A DNA stretch of 64,000 bases from a bacterium. GTDB lineage: Bacteria; Krumholzibacteriota; Krumholzibacteriia; G020349025. Under the pieces are notes generated by a model. That model was not told where the DNA came from. It worked only from the letters and a program-made list of their open reading frames with translations, and made no database searches. Both the position numbers and the translations under genes were made by a program. Shown piece by piece: positions 27,801 through 36,462 of the stretch. The stretch is from positions 1 through 64,000 of the forward strand of contig JANLSU010000050.1 in the NCBI GenBank assembly GCA_031362565.1. The letters run 5' to 3'. How positions within the stretch are numbered: position 1 is the first letter of the stretch; every line of letters begins with the position of its first letter.

Positions 27801-29556
27801 GCGCGTCAGCACCGACGTCGTGCATCAATCCTATGTTCTGGACACGGGCCTCGCGCCCAGCACGCGCTACGATTGGGCGGTTGCGGCGGTCGACAGCAGC
27901 GGCTTGGTCGGCGCCTTGTCGCCGAGCGTCACGGCGAGCACCAATCCACCGCAGCTCGCGGGCTGGCCGCTGCTTCTGCCGGCTGCTACATCCAGCAGTG
28001 TCGCGATCGGCGACATCGACGGCGATGGCAGCCGCGAGATCCTGGTGGGCGACGAAGGCGTCTACGCCTGGCATTCGAACGGCGTCGAAATGCAGGATGG
28101 TGACAACGATGCCAGCACCTGGGGCGCGCTGACGAATGACCCGGCAGTCGTCACCGGTTGCATCGCGCTCGGCGAATTCGATCCGGCGCGGCCGGGTCTC
28201 GAAATCCTGCGCGCCAATTGGGCCGACAGCCGTGTCACTGTCCTTGATGGCCAAGGCAACATTCTGCCGGGCTGGCCGCGCCAGCCCGCGAACGGTGCAC
28301 CCGGCTACTGGGGCACGCCGACGGCCGCCGATCTGGACGGCGACGGACGCGCCGAGGCGCTCGTCGTCGGCAAGGACGGCCATTTGTACGGCTGGCACTT
28401 CGATGGCACACCGCTCGCGGGTGTGGACGGCACGCTCGCCATCGTCGGTGGTTTCACGCGCACGTCGCCGACCGTCGCCAACTTGGACGGCGATCCGCAG
28501 CTCGAAATCCTCGTCGCCGGCGCCGACGGTTTTCTGCGCGCTCTCAACCTGGACGGCTCCGTCGTCGTGACATCAGGGTCGGCATGGCCCGTGAATCTCG
28601 GCGGCCCGAGTCTGTCGTCACCGGCAGTCGCCGAGATCGACGGTAATCCGCGCACGACGGAAATCGTCGTGACGTCGGAAAACGATCGCGTGCACGTCAT
28701 CAGCCATCGTGGCCTCGAACTCACCGGTTGGCCCAAGACGTTGGTCGAGGATTCGCCGAGTTTCGGCCCGTCGCCGGCGCTCGGTGACCTGAACGGCGAT
28801 GGCCGGGCGGAAGTCGTCGTCGTTTCGAATCGGAATCCGGCGTCGCTCAGCACTCTTGTCGTCTATGACGGCGCGACCAGCACGGTGCTGCTCACGAAGC
28901 TGCTCAACAATAGCTCCGAGTCGTCGCCCATTCTGGCCGACGTCGACGGCAACGGTTCGGTGGATGTCGTGGTTGGTGGCGAGAGCGGTGTCATCAATGC
29001 CTGGAACCTCGCGGGCCAGCAGTTAGACGGCTTCCCGCTGACCGTCAACGATTTCGTGCGCAGTACGCCCGCTTACGCCGACGTCGATGGCGATGGCGGC
29101 GCCGATCTCGTCCTCGCGGGCTGGGACCGCAATCTCTATATCTGGGACTTGAGTGCGCCGTATGTCGCGGCCCGCGCGCCGTGGCCGACGTTCTGCCGGG
29201 ACGCGTCGCGCACCGGCAATGCCCTCGAGAAGCTGCCGACCGACAGCGGCGGCGGCGCCGTGCCGGCCGCCAACCCGCCGCGCTTCCGGGTGCTGCCCAA
29301 CGTACCGAATCCGTTCAATCCAAGCACCGAGTTGCGGTTCGAGCTGCCCATCGCCGGCGACACGGGCGTACGGATTTTCGATGCGCAGGGGCGCTTGGTG
29401 CGGACCCTCGTCCATGCAGTGCTTGCCGCCGGCGCGCACACCGTCGAGTGGAACGGCCGCGACGATGCGGGCCACACGCTGGCAAGCGGCATCTACTGGT
29501 CGCGCGTCGAATTCGCCGGCCAAGTGCGCATGCGCAAGCTGACGCTGCTCAAGTAA
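24859..29556 (+). CDS. Secreted C25 (gingipain-family) cysteine peptidase with FN3, FG-GAP repeats and FlgD-Ig/T9SS-like C-terminal domain
   Basis: YLIVT..LADWKTRRG..YVLLGGD..TDLYYACLD; NHIGHG and LNC dyad; LGDPAL; PNPFNPST..IFDAQGRLVRTL..WNGRD..LASGIY. Confidence 0.92.
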   Translation: MAPNHPHGSRSRSRSRSRWPGGLALVASSVLNTGLVSPAAARQIETTLPARTTTTSVPVGSDVVGSAAAAAGSAILGSAAAAVRSGGGLLGGSEGALYTFVVPDGEVATAVRSLDPGTAVELVGTATWRGAALAIVRATGRDVTGPGATGPGAALDAFGQRVVIETAMAPGAPAPGTGAAAGDAIRRLRPDPAGEQAERAELRALVANPADVAVFHPALPPRVAKATPSRFRPSSYPDLEGSPVRYLIVTDAAFVADFQTLADWKTRRGFPAQVRTLDWVVAHARHGSDLAETIRNFLQDAYALWGVDYVLLGGDTDRIPARIATSGVPGTATPVPTDLYYACLDGTWNANRNGIWAEPATGANNLGDQADLYAELFVARAPVHSGTEVQNFVQKTIRYETPIDTAYQNQMLLLGEVLSPADYDSLQSITLDGAALSEQVRINNVPGTQAITRQYETAFLYPGSTKITKAASLAAMNAGTNFVNHIGHGFRYNMSVGNASIVNADADAMTNGNRTFILYLLNCTALAYDSNSLGERFLLAPSGGAAGVIGASREAYPSTSIAYNQAFYDQLFAQGNTALATAFSNARLGRTVFTFFDTQDRWTHFIDNVLGDPALTVYTGPALAPQVTHPATIALGTTSVAVHVDAASVPVAGALVCLWKGDEAYATGTTDGSGDITLDLRADTQGSVLVTVSQRNLRTYLGTIAVGASAPAHPRIASATIIDDGSNGSVGNGDGEADAGETVGLDVHIANAGGASITARARLVSGLLQAVALQDSVELGVLAPSATPTAIAHFLVHLDPAIADQTTVPFTVQFRDQSATSFGSEALPKVIHAPRLEVVEVLPASAAGTTTFNVVVKNFGSGAATALAATLTSTDPDVSIGQGAATIAAAASYGTGSTSPALVVTETNTTQRNRLHLALVDGFGRSTPFDFDLRGPGTASKPVADASQGPTVMRLTWSTSADADLLGYHVYRRLSGIGTLVRVSTDVVHQSYVLDTGLAPSTRYDWAVAAVDSSGLVGALSPSVTASTNPPQLAGWPLLLPAATSSSVAIGDIDGDGSREILVGDEGVYAWHSNGVEMQDGDNDASTWGALTNDPAVVTGCIALGEFDPARPGLEILRANWADSRVTVLDGQGNILPGWPRQPANGAPGYWGTPTAADLDGDGRAEALVVGKDGHLYGWHFDGTPLAGVDGTLAIVGGFTRTSPTVANLDGDPQLEILVAGADGFLRALNLDGSVVVTSGSAWPVNLGGPSLSSPAVAEIDGNPRTTEIVVTSENDRVHVISHRGLELTGWPKTLVEDSPSFGPSPALGDLNGDGRAEVVVVSNRNPASLSTLVVYDGATSTVLLTKLLNNSSESSPILADVDGNGSVDVVVGGESGVINAWNLAGQQLDGFPLTVNDFVRSTPAYADVDGDGGADLVLAGWDRNLYIWDLSAPYVAARAPWPTFCRDASRTGNALEKLPTDSGGGAVPAANPPRFRVLPNVPNPFNPSTELRFELPIAGDTGVRIFDAQGRLVRTLVHAVLAAGAHTVEWNGRDDAGHTLASGIYWSRVEFAGQVRMRKLTLLK
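24881..24910 (+). repeat. (GATCCC)x5 hexamer microsatellite in the signal region of the C25 gene
   Basis: Five perfect copies encoding SR repeats. Confidence 0.9.
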
Positions 29557-29586
29557 ACGGCGCGCGAAGAAGCCCCTGAAAGACCG

Positions 29587-29622
29587 GAGCCCCGCTCATC
29601 CGTGTTGCACGGAGCGGGGCTC
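29587..29622. terminator. Hairpin between convergent genes
   Basis: GAGCCCCGCTC ... GAGCGGGGCTC inverted repeat. Confidence 0.6.
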
Positions 29623-29706
29623 AGTTGCGTGGGGATTTCTTGTTGCGGAGATTGGGCGGCGCGGCCGGCCCGGGGTTTTGGGCCATGGCGCCGCGCCGCC
29701 CGGGGC

Positions 29707-30192
29707 TCAGTGCATCTCGACCTGCAGACGCTCCATCGCGTCGCGTGCGAGTGCGTAACCGGAATCGTGTTCGAGGGCGCGGCGATACTCGCGCTGCGCG
29801 CGCTCGCGGTGCCCCAGCTTCTCGTAGGCACGCCCTAAGTTGTAGTGCGCGTAGTGGTATGTCAGGTAGCGCGGCGCTTTGACTGCCTGCTCTAGATACG
29901 GGATGGCCTCCATCGGCCGGTCCAAGGCCAACAAATAGGCGCCCAGATCGTTCAACGGATTGCCGAACTCGGGGTCCAACGTGATCGCGTGGCGGCAGAG
30001 CCGGATGGCCGGTTCGAAGTTGCCGCGCATGCTCTCGGTCCACGCCATGAACGTGTACGCTTCCGGGCTCTCGACGCAATCGATCGAGCGGCCGTAGTAA
30101 TACAGGGCTCGATCCAGATCGCCCTGCATCTGCAGCTCGTAGGCCAGCTCGAAATAGTCCTGGGCCATCAGTTTCATGGACTGCGAATTCAC
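29707..30192 (-). CDS. TPR protein
   Basis: Four TPR-like helical repeats; GGAGG RBS. Confidence 0.85.
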   Translation of the reverse strand: MNSQSMKLMAQDYFELAYELQMQGDLDRALYYYGRSIDCVESPEAYTFMAWTESMRGNFEPAIRLCRHAITLDPEFGNPLNDLGAYLLALDRPMEAIPYLEQAVKAPRYLTYHYAHYNLGRAYEKLGHRERAQREYRRALEHDSGYALARDAMERLQVEMH

Positions 30193-30209
30193 AGCGGTCC
30201 TCCGAAGGT

Positions 30210-31619
30210 CTAACTGCGGATCGCGGCGGCGCCGGAGCGTTCGCCGTACAGGCGGCGCAAGTCGGCAGCCGTTTGCCGGCCGTCGTGCTTGCGAACTGCC
30301 AAGGCGCGGAGGCGCTCGCCGAGTTCGGGCCGCAGCCGCACGATGCGCCCGAGCTTTTCTTCAATTTCACGGACCGCCGGTGCGTCGGCGCGCAACACGC
30401 ACAGCGACGCGATCTCGGCCGAGATCTCGCTCGCGATCGTGCTGACCACCTGGGCTGCGGGGGTGGCTTCGCGCACGAGCGGCAGCACGCCGCCCGCCAA
30501 CGCCTCGAGCGCCACGTGCGCCGACCGGCGCGGGTCGATGCCAGGCAGCACGGCGACGTCGGCCAGCGCCAGGAGCGCCGCGAATTCACTGCGTTCAACT
30601 TCGCCCGCGAAGCGCACCCGCCGCTCCGGCTCGAGGCGCGCGGCGTTCGCCCACCAGGCGTCGGCGCGTCCCTGAGCGTGCAGCAGATCGAGGTGATCGG
30701 CGAGCGGCTGGTACATCTCGTTCGTTTGCAGGATGGCGTACAGCGCCTCGGGATTCCGGGCCGCGAGCGCCGCGCGCAGGCTGTCGATGGCCGGCGACGG
30801 CGGCCCGAGCTGCGCGACGATGGCGATCAGGCCGGGCTGGGTCCGCAGCAATTCCGGCAGGGCGAACAGCAGATGCTCGAAGCCATCCGTTTCGCCTTCG
30901 TGTTGCACGCACAACACCACGCAGGCCCGCTCCCAATCGATGCCATCCAACCGCGACGCGAGTTCGGGTTTGCGGGCAAGACGTAAGGCGGCGTTCCGGC
31001 GCTCTGGGCGTGGGAGGGGCTTAAAAAACTCCAAGTCCACACCACGGTGGAGCATGCGCGGCCGTAGGGGGGACTCGCCGGCGCGCCCCGGAAACGCCGC
31101 CTCCATCGAGCGGCGCATGTCCTCGTCGAACAACACGATGTGGCGGGCGTCGCGCAGCACGGCGCGGCCGCGCTCGGAGACCTCGCGCCGGTCGATGAGA
31201 TCGGTCCAGCGCGGCGTCACGCAGTAAGGAGTTCCGGTGCGCTCGTGCACGAGCCGCACCACGCGTCCGGCGATGCCCAGTCCGACGGCGTGCAGGACGT
31301 CGAGGCCTTCGGTCTGCAACACGGCGCAGACTTGGCTGGCGAGCAGGTCGAGACATTCGTCGGTAGGTTCGCGGTCGATCCAGGCGGCGGGCGCCGGATC
31401 GGCGGCAGCTGCCGCGCTATTGCGGTAGACCCACGTTTCAGCATGACGAATGGAATGCGTGATGCGCGGTGCCGGAGCAGGAACGACCTCGATGCGATGT
31501 GTCTGGAAGCCCTCGCTCGCGAGACCGCGTGCGACGTCGTCGACGAGAGCATGCGCGCCCGGGCTGCGGACGCGCCCTTCGAGCACGAAGCCGACCATCT
31601 TCACCACCACCCGTCCCAA
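30210..31619 (-). CDS. Glycosyltransferase family 4-like protein (start uncertain)
   Basis: LDVLHA..HRGVDLEFF..VRFAGEV..LADVAVLP..ALEALAGG. Confidence 0.8.
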   Translation of the reverse strand: MGRVVVKMVGFVLEGRVRSPGAHALVDDVARGLASEGFQTHRIEVVPAPAPRITHSIRHAETWVYRNSAAAAADPAPAAWIDREPTDECLDLLASQVCAVLQTEGLDVLHAVGLGIAGRVVRLVHERTGTPYCVTPRWTDLIDRREVSERGRAVLRDARHIVLFDEDMRRSMEAAFPGRAGESPLRPRMLHRGVDLEFFKPLPRPERRNAALRLARKPELASRLDGIDWERACVVLCVQHEGETDGFEHLLFALPELLRTQPGLIAIVAQLGPPSPAIDSLRAALAARNPEALYAILQTNEMYQPLADHLDLLHAQGRADAWWANAARLEPERRVRFAGEVERSEFAALLALADVAVLPGIDPRRSAHVALEALAGGVLPLVREATPAAQVVSTIASEISAEIASLCVLRADAPAVREIEEKLGRIVRLRPELGERLRALAVRKHDGRQTAADLRRLYGERSGAAAIRS

Positions 31620-31722
31620 CCACCTCGGCCGGGAGCGCAGAGTCCTTGCAGTGGTGCGTTGTCGTCAATACAAAATATGTGTTGTCGGGAATGGCGCGGA
31701 GTGCGGACTTGCGCGCGGCGCT

Positions 31723-33279
31723 TCAGAAACGACTGACAAGCAGGGCGCTGACTCCTTCAAACTCCAAGACTCGATAGCAAGTACCGGCCGTGCACGCGAG
31801 GCCGCCGCGCCGCCGTCCCCAGAAGAGCGACAAGCTGTGGCGATCGCGGCTCAAACTCGCTTGCAGGGAATCGAACGCGCGCCGTGCGACGTGTCCGGTG
31901 ACCGGATCCGTGGCTTCACCCGGATCATTGGTGGTCTGGCGGACGACGCCGATCGAGAAATGTTCGGCCCACGCATAGGTGAGAGATGCATAGCGGTCCT
32001 CGATGTCGACCGATTGGCGCGACGTGCGGCGCGTCGCCGACTGGCGCTCCAATTCGGCTTCGATGCTGTGCACGCCGGCGAACGGCATTTGCGTGAAGCC
32101 GCCGAACGTATCGCGGTCATGCGTGCTGTCGAAGTCGTCCGCGCCGCGGCCACCAAAGAGCGCCGCCGTACGGCCCCGCCAGTGGGTGGCGAGTTCGGCG
32201 TAGCGTTCGTGAAACCGCCGCGACCGGGCATTCTCGGCGCGGCTCCAATTGAGTGTCAGTTCCGCCCAGCCGCGGTAATCAACGCGCGTTTCGAACTGAT
32301 ACCCCTGTTCTTGCTGCGGCTCGACGACGTGGGTGACACGGTTCAAGAGGGCATACGAATGCTCGCGGACCAGCGGCGGCGGTTCGTTCGCGAAGAGCTG
32401 CAGCCCTTGGTAGTCTTTGTATTCGTAGGTCGCGCCCCATCGGAGTCCCGGCAACGGTTCATCGAGAGTCGCGGACTGCGACACGTACACGCCGTAGCCG
32501 CGCCCTTGGCTGGTGCGCGGGCTGGGGCGAGCGAAATGTCCCGACACGTGGGCGTACTCGCCATACGTATCAAGTGTCAAACGCGACCAGCCGGCGCGCT
32601 CGAGCCACGGGTCGGCGGTGAACTGCACGAAGCCGCCGCCGCCTTCGTGGGGCGCGCCGTCGATGCCATCGATACGCACGTAGTTGGCGCCGGCCCGCGT
32701 GCCGCGCACGATCTCGGCGCTCGCCGTCGCGCCGGCCACGTCGAGGACGCGCGGTTGGTCGGGCGGCAGAGCCTCGACACGCGGCTTGCCTTGCACGACC
32801 TCGACATTCCAGCGGGCGCCGCCCGTCCGCAGGCGCAGGCCATCGAGATCGCGCGAATCGGCGTATTGCGCCAATCCAATCTCTTCGCGAATCACCCCTG
32901 GGAGTTCAAAGGCACGCAGCAGCAGGCCGCGCCCGAAGAGGGTTTCGTAGTTGCCGACCGTAATCTCGAGGCCGTCGGCGGCCCAGGTGGCGTAGCGCCG
33001 CGAGAACTCCCGCAGTTGGAGAGTGCGCGGCTCGGAGACGTCATAGAACTCATACCGGAAACCGAGCCGCAACGCGGCGTGCGACCAGTCGAGCGTGAAA
33101 GCGTCGAAGGTCGAATAGCCCGTCGACGGTAGTCCGGGGTTCGGCGGTTGGAACGGCAGGTTGCCAGGCGGCTTGCCGGAGCGAATGAGGGCGATATTCG
33201 AAGCACTGATCTGCGCCTCCGCACCCGCCGCGAAGCAAGCGAGAGCGCCGACGATAGCAAAAATATGCGGCTTGTTCAC
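31723..33279 (-). CDS. DUF6029-like outer-membrane beta-barrel
   Basis: Signal peptide; ITVGNYETLFGRGLLLRAFE; C-terminal GRRRGGLACTAGTCYRVLEFEG..SRF. Confidence 0.75.
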   Translation of the reverse strand: MNKPHIFAIVGALACFAAGAEAQISASNIALIRSGKPPGNLPFQPPNPGLPSTGYSTFDAFTLDWSHAALRLGFRYEFYDVSEPRTLQLREFSRRYATWAADGLEITVGNYETLFGRGLLLRAFELPGVIREEIGLAQYADSRDLDGLRLRTGGARWNVEVVQGKPRVEALPPDQPRVLDVAGATASAEIVRGTRAGANYVRIDGIDGAPHEGGGGFVQFTADPWLERAGWSRLTLDTYGEYAHVSGHFARPSPRTSQGRGYGVYVSQSATLDEPLPGLRWGATYEYKDYQGLQLFANEPPPLVREHSYALLNRVTHVVEPQQEQGYQFETRVDYRGWAELTLNWSRAENARSRRFHERYAELATHWRGRTAALFGGRGADDFDSTHDRDTFGGFTQMPFAGVHSIEAELERQSATRRTSRQSVDIEDRYASLTYAWAEHFSIGVVRQTTNDPGEATDPVTGHVARRAFDSLQASLSRDRHSLSLFWGRRRGGLACTAGTCYRVLEFEGVSALLVSRF

Positions 33280-33827
33280 TGCTTCGGGGCCTTGTCCAGC
33301 AACGCCTCGGTTGCCTTGCGGAGGGCATCGATTTCGCCGGGCCGGTAGCCGAACGTCGTGCGCACGACCGTACCGTCCTTATCGAGGAGCAGCGTCGTCG
33401 GCAACGCCGGAATCTGCAACTGGCTCTGCGCCGCGCGGTTCAAATCGAGGACGATGGGAAAGTCGATGCCGTGGCTCTTGGCAAACGGTTTCACCTTCGG
33501 CGCGTTGCGCGGTCCGTCCTCGTTCACACCGACGATCTGCAAGCCGCGCGGCGCCAGGTCGGCATACAACTGCTGGAGTTCCGGCAAGGCGCTGATGCAC
33601 GGCTTGCACCAGGTCGCCCAGAAATCCAGGATGACCGGTCCCTTGCCGAGATACGACGCCAGTTCGACGCTACGCCCTTCGAGGTCTTGGAGCCGCAGGC
33701 CGGCGAGTGAGATTTTTTGCGCCGGCGCTTCCTGTCCAGCAGCCGGGCCAGCCAGAACTGCCGCGAGCAGGCAGGTGAGTGCCGCGGTTTGGGCGCGAGC
33801 GATGCGGCCACGCCGGTGCATTCTCAT
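33276..33827 (-). CDS. TlpA-family thiol:disulfide oxidoreductase
   Basis: DFWATWCKPC; LPTTLLLD; ATGA overlap with the upstream gene. Confidence 0.92.
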   Translation of the reverse strand: MRMHRRGRIARAQTAALTCLLAAVLAGPAAGQEAPAQKISLAGLRLQDLEGRSVELASYLGKGPVILDFWATWCKPCISALPELQQLYADLAPRGLQIVGVNEDGPRNAPKVKPFAKSHGIDFPIVLDLNRAAQSQLQIPALPTTLLLDKDGTVVRTTFGYRPGEIDALRKATEALLDKAPKQ

Positions 33828-34372
33828 CGATACAATCCCTTCACGGTCGACCATGTTGGTGTCGCAACCGGCGTCGGCAGGTTCGCGACGATGGCTGCCC
33901 GCACGTGCGCCTCGTTGAAGGCGAAGTCCAAGTCCGACTGGTAGCGCACGATGCCCTGCGGGTCGATGACGAAGTAGTTGTCACGGATCTGATTGTAATA
34001 CGCTGGGCCCACGAGATATCCACCCAGACGCAGGAACGGGAACGTGATGCCGGTGCGATCGACGAAGCTTTGGGCACCGGAGGCCGAGCCCTGCCACACG
34101 TCCACCGCCAAGGTTTGAAATCCAGGCCCCGCCTTATAGTCCTGCCAGACTTGCTCCACGACCGGACCGGCCGTGCGACACTCGCCTCAATTCCACCCAA
34201 ACAGCGCCAGCAGCACGACCTTGCCGCGGAGCGCGCTGAGCGTCCAGCTCTGACCGTTGGTGTCGGTGAGCGTGAAATCAGGCGCCGGGTCGCCGACCTG
34301 GAGCGCGGCGGCCGGCGATCCGAGCGCGCCACAGAGGGCGGCGGATGCGACAAGGAGGCGCAAGGAACGCAT
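33824..34372 (-). CDS. Exported redoxin/AhpC-TSA-like selenoprotein (UGEC motif; Sec at TGA 34187-34189), 182 aa
   Basis: ORFs 34187-34372 and 33824-34159 are in frame: ..APDFTLTD..LRGKVVLLALFGWN-TGA-GECRTAGP..; the TGA occupies the first Cys of CxxC; SECIS-like hairpin follows. Confidence 0.88.
34157..34175 (-). promoter_or_regulatory. Putative bacterial SECIS element
   Basis: 11 nt after TGA: CACGGCCG-GTC-CGGTCGTG, an 8-bp stem (one G-U pair) with G/U at the apex. Confidence 0.7.
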
Positions 34373-34508
34373 GGTCTTCTCCTCGGCACTGGAACGAACC
34401 CCACGAGTCTACAGGACCAACACTACACCCAACCAGGCCAGGCGCCCGGGTATTCCGGGGCTGGGCTGGGGTGGGGCGGGGCGAAGGCGGCCCAAGGTTC
34501 GCGGGCGT

Positions 34509-35348
34509 TCAGACCAGCGCCGCACTCACGCGGCGCTCCCGATCGGCGACGTGCGCCGCGATGAGCGCCAGGGCGTCGTGCGTGCCGGCGTCGATCGCCA
34601 CCCACTCGGCGCCTTGCGCGCGGGCGTCGGCCCCGAGCGCCAGCCCGAGCCCGGCGTCGAGACCGGAGTGCACCAGGACGAGCAGTGCCGGGTGCTCGGC
34701 GCGCAGTCCGCCGCGCACCACCTCGGGGGTCACATCGGACCCCAGGTCCACCACGCGCCAACCGCGTTCGGCGAGCGTCACGTGGACGAGGATCGCGGTG
34801 ACCGCGTCGGCGGTGCCGGGTGCCGCTGCCAGAAGCGCGGTCGCGGCTGCAACGCGAGTCGCCGCCGTTTGGTCGAGCAACGAACGCAACGTCGTGACGG
34901 CGCATTGCTCCGCCCGACGGCGCTTGAAGGCGTCGAAGTCGGGCGCCAGCGCCGTCGCAACGAGTTCGTGCCAGGCCCGCGCCACGAGGGCCGCGGATTC
35001 CGCCAAGCGCAGCCCATGACGGTGCAGGTCGAGGGCAATGCCGCGCGCCGTGGCGGTGTCACCGTTCCCCAAGGCGGTCGCGATGTGGGCGGCGAGAGCA
35101 GCGTGGTTCCCCTGCAGGAGCAGCAGTGCGAGTTCATCGATCTGAGCCGCGGGCCGCACTTCGGTGTCGACGATCGACAGCCCGAGTTTGCGGCCGGCCT
35201 CGGCGACATCCTGCACGCGGTACTTGCGATGCCCGCCCGGCGTGCGCACGCAGCGCAAGAGCCCGGCGTCGGTCCAACGTTTGACAGTGGAAATGCTGAC
35301 CCCGCAGACGCGGGCTAAATCGGCGGTCGAATAGAATCGATCCCTCAT
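34509..35348 (-). CDS. MerR/excisionase-type HTH regulator with degenerate cobalamin-binding-like domain
   Basis: STADLARVCGVSISTVKRW..RTPGGHRKY; GWRVVDLGSDVTPE. Confidence 0.8.
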   Translation of the reverse strand: MRDRFYSTADLARVCGVSISTVKRWTDAGLLRCVRTPGGHRKYRVQDVAEAGRKLGLSIVDTEVRPAAQIDELALLLLQGNHAALAAHIATALGNGDTATARGIALDLHRHGLRLAESAALVARAWHELVATALAPDFDAFKRRRAEQCAVTTLRSLLDQTAATRVAAATALLAAAPGTADAVTAILVHVTLAERGWRVVDLGSDVTPEVVRGGLRAEHPALLVLVHSGLDAGLGLALGADARAQGAEWVAIDAGTHDALALIAAHVADRERRVSAALV

Positions 35349-35553
35349 CCCTACCCATCCTCCCTGGCGCCGGTGCCGCCGACAGCGGATTCGAACGATC
35401 CGGTCGGTATGGGCTCCTTTGCGTTCGACTAGGCGCAGAGTAGCCGCATGGAGTCCAGGCGCGCAAGCGCCGGTTTCGCCGACCAAGGGCGGAAACGAGC
35501 GCGGCCCCGGAGTTCCGGGGCCGCACCGCACGTCCAAGCTGCGCCTTGGTGGG

Positions 35554-36168
35554 TCACTCGACGAGGATGGCCTTCTTGATCACGATCGGCACGAGCGGCT
35601 GGCCCTCGGAGATCTGTGTCGCCGCGACCTTGACGGCTTTGATCTTCTCGACGACATCGGTGCCGCCGACGACTTTCCCGAACACGCAGTAGCCGACGCC
35701 GTCGGAATACTTCGCCTTGTCCAAGAAGCCATTCTTGGCCGTGACGTTGATGAAAAATTGGTCGGTGGCGCTATTCGGTGCATTCGTGCGCGCCATGGCG
35801 ACGGTATAGAGCTCGTTGGACAGGCCGTTCGTCGATTCGTTGACGATCGGTGGCAGGCCCGGCTTCTCCTTGTAATTCACATCGAGCCCACCGCCCTGAA
35901 TCATGAAGTTGGACATGACGCGGTGGAATACGGTGCCATCGTAGTGGCCGTTCTTCACGTAGGCCAGGAAGTTGGCGACGGTCTTCGGAGCTTCCTTCTT
36001 ATAGAGCTCGATCGTGATGTCGCCGAGTGTGGTCGTCATCTTCACGACCGGGTTGGTCGCATCCTTCACTTTCTGGACCGCCTCGGGGACTGCCGCAGTT
36101 GCGGCGTGAGTGGCGCCCAGCACGAGGATCGTGCTGGCAAGGGCGAACGCCCGACGAACCGATTGCAT
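35554..36168 (-). CDS. Exported cyclophilin-type peptidyl-prolyl isomerase
   Basis: APKTVANF..YDGTVFHRV..FMIQGGG..AMART..QFFIN..YCVFGKV. Confidence 0.95.
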   Translation of the reverse strand: MQSVRRAFALASTILVLGATHAATAAVPEAVQKVKDATNPVVKMTTTLGDITIELYKKEAPKTVANFLAYVKNGHYDGTVFHRVMSNFMIQGGGLDVNYKEKPGLPPIVNESTNGLSNELYTVAMARTNAPNSATDQFFINVTAKNGFLDKAKYSDGVGYCVFGKVVGGTDVVEKIKAVKVAATQISEGQPLVPIVIKKAILVE

Positions 36169-36367
36169 GCGAACCTCCGGCAGCAAGGCTTGGAACGGCA
36201 GGCCCTGGAATCGGGCCGCGAATTTTCGGCGCGGGAGACTACCACGCGCCGCACGAACCGCGACCCCCTTCGACACCACGGCCCGGCGCCAGGTTCCAAG
36301 GTGGCGGTTGCCGCCGCCCGGCGCGCCGTTCCGAGGCACGACCGGCCGCTGCCGGGAGCAAAGCAAA

Positions 36368-36393
36368 GGCCCCGCGGCACGTGCCGCGGGGCC
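36368..36393 (-). terminator. Rho-independent terminator of the porin gene
   Basis: Perfect 26-bp palindrome GGCCCCGCGGCACGTGCCGCGGGGCC followed by TTTGCTTT on the minus strand. Confidence 0.75.
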
Positions 36394-36462
36394 ATGGACC
36401 TTCGCCAGGGGTGTCGTGGGAGGAAGGCCCTCCTCGCCCCGACGTTCGCCGGAAAGCGAGCG

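Noticed and set aside
33824..34372. Two separate small genes or a pseudogene
   Set aside because: Same frame, TGA at the catalytic position and a SECIS-like hairpin favour one selenoprotein.
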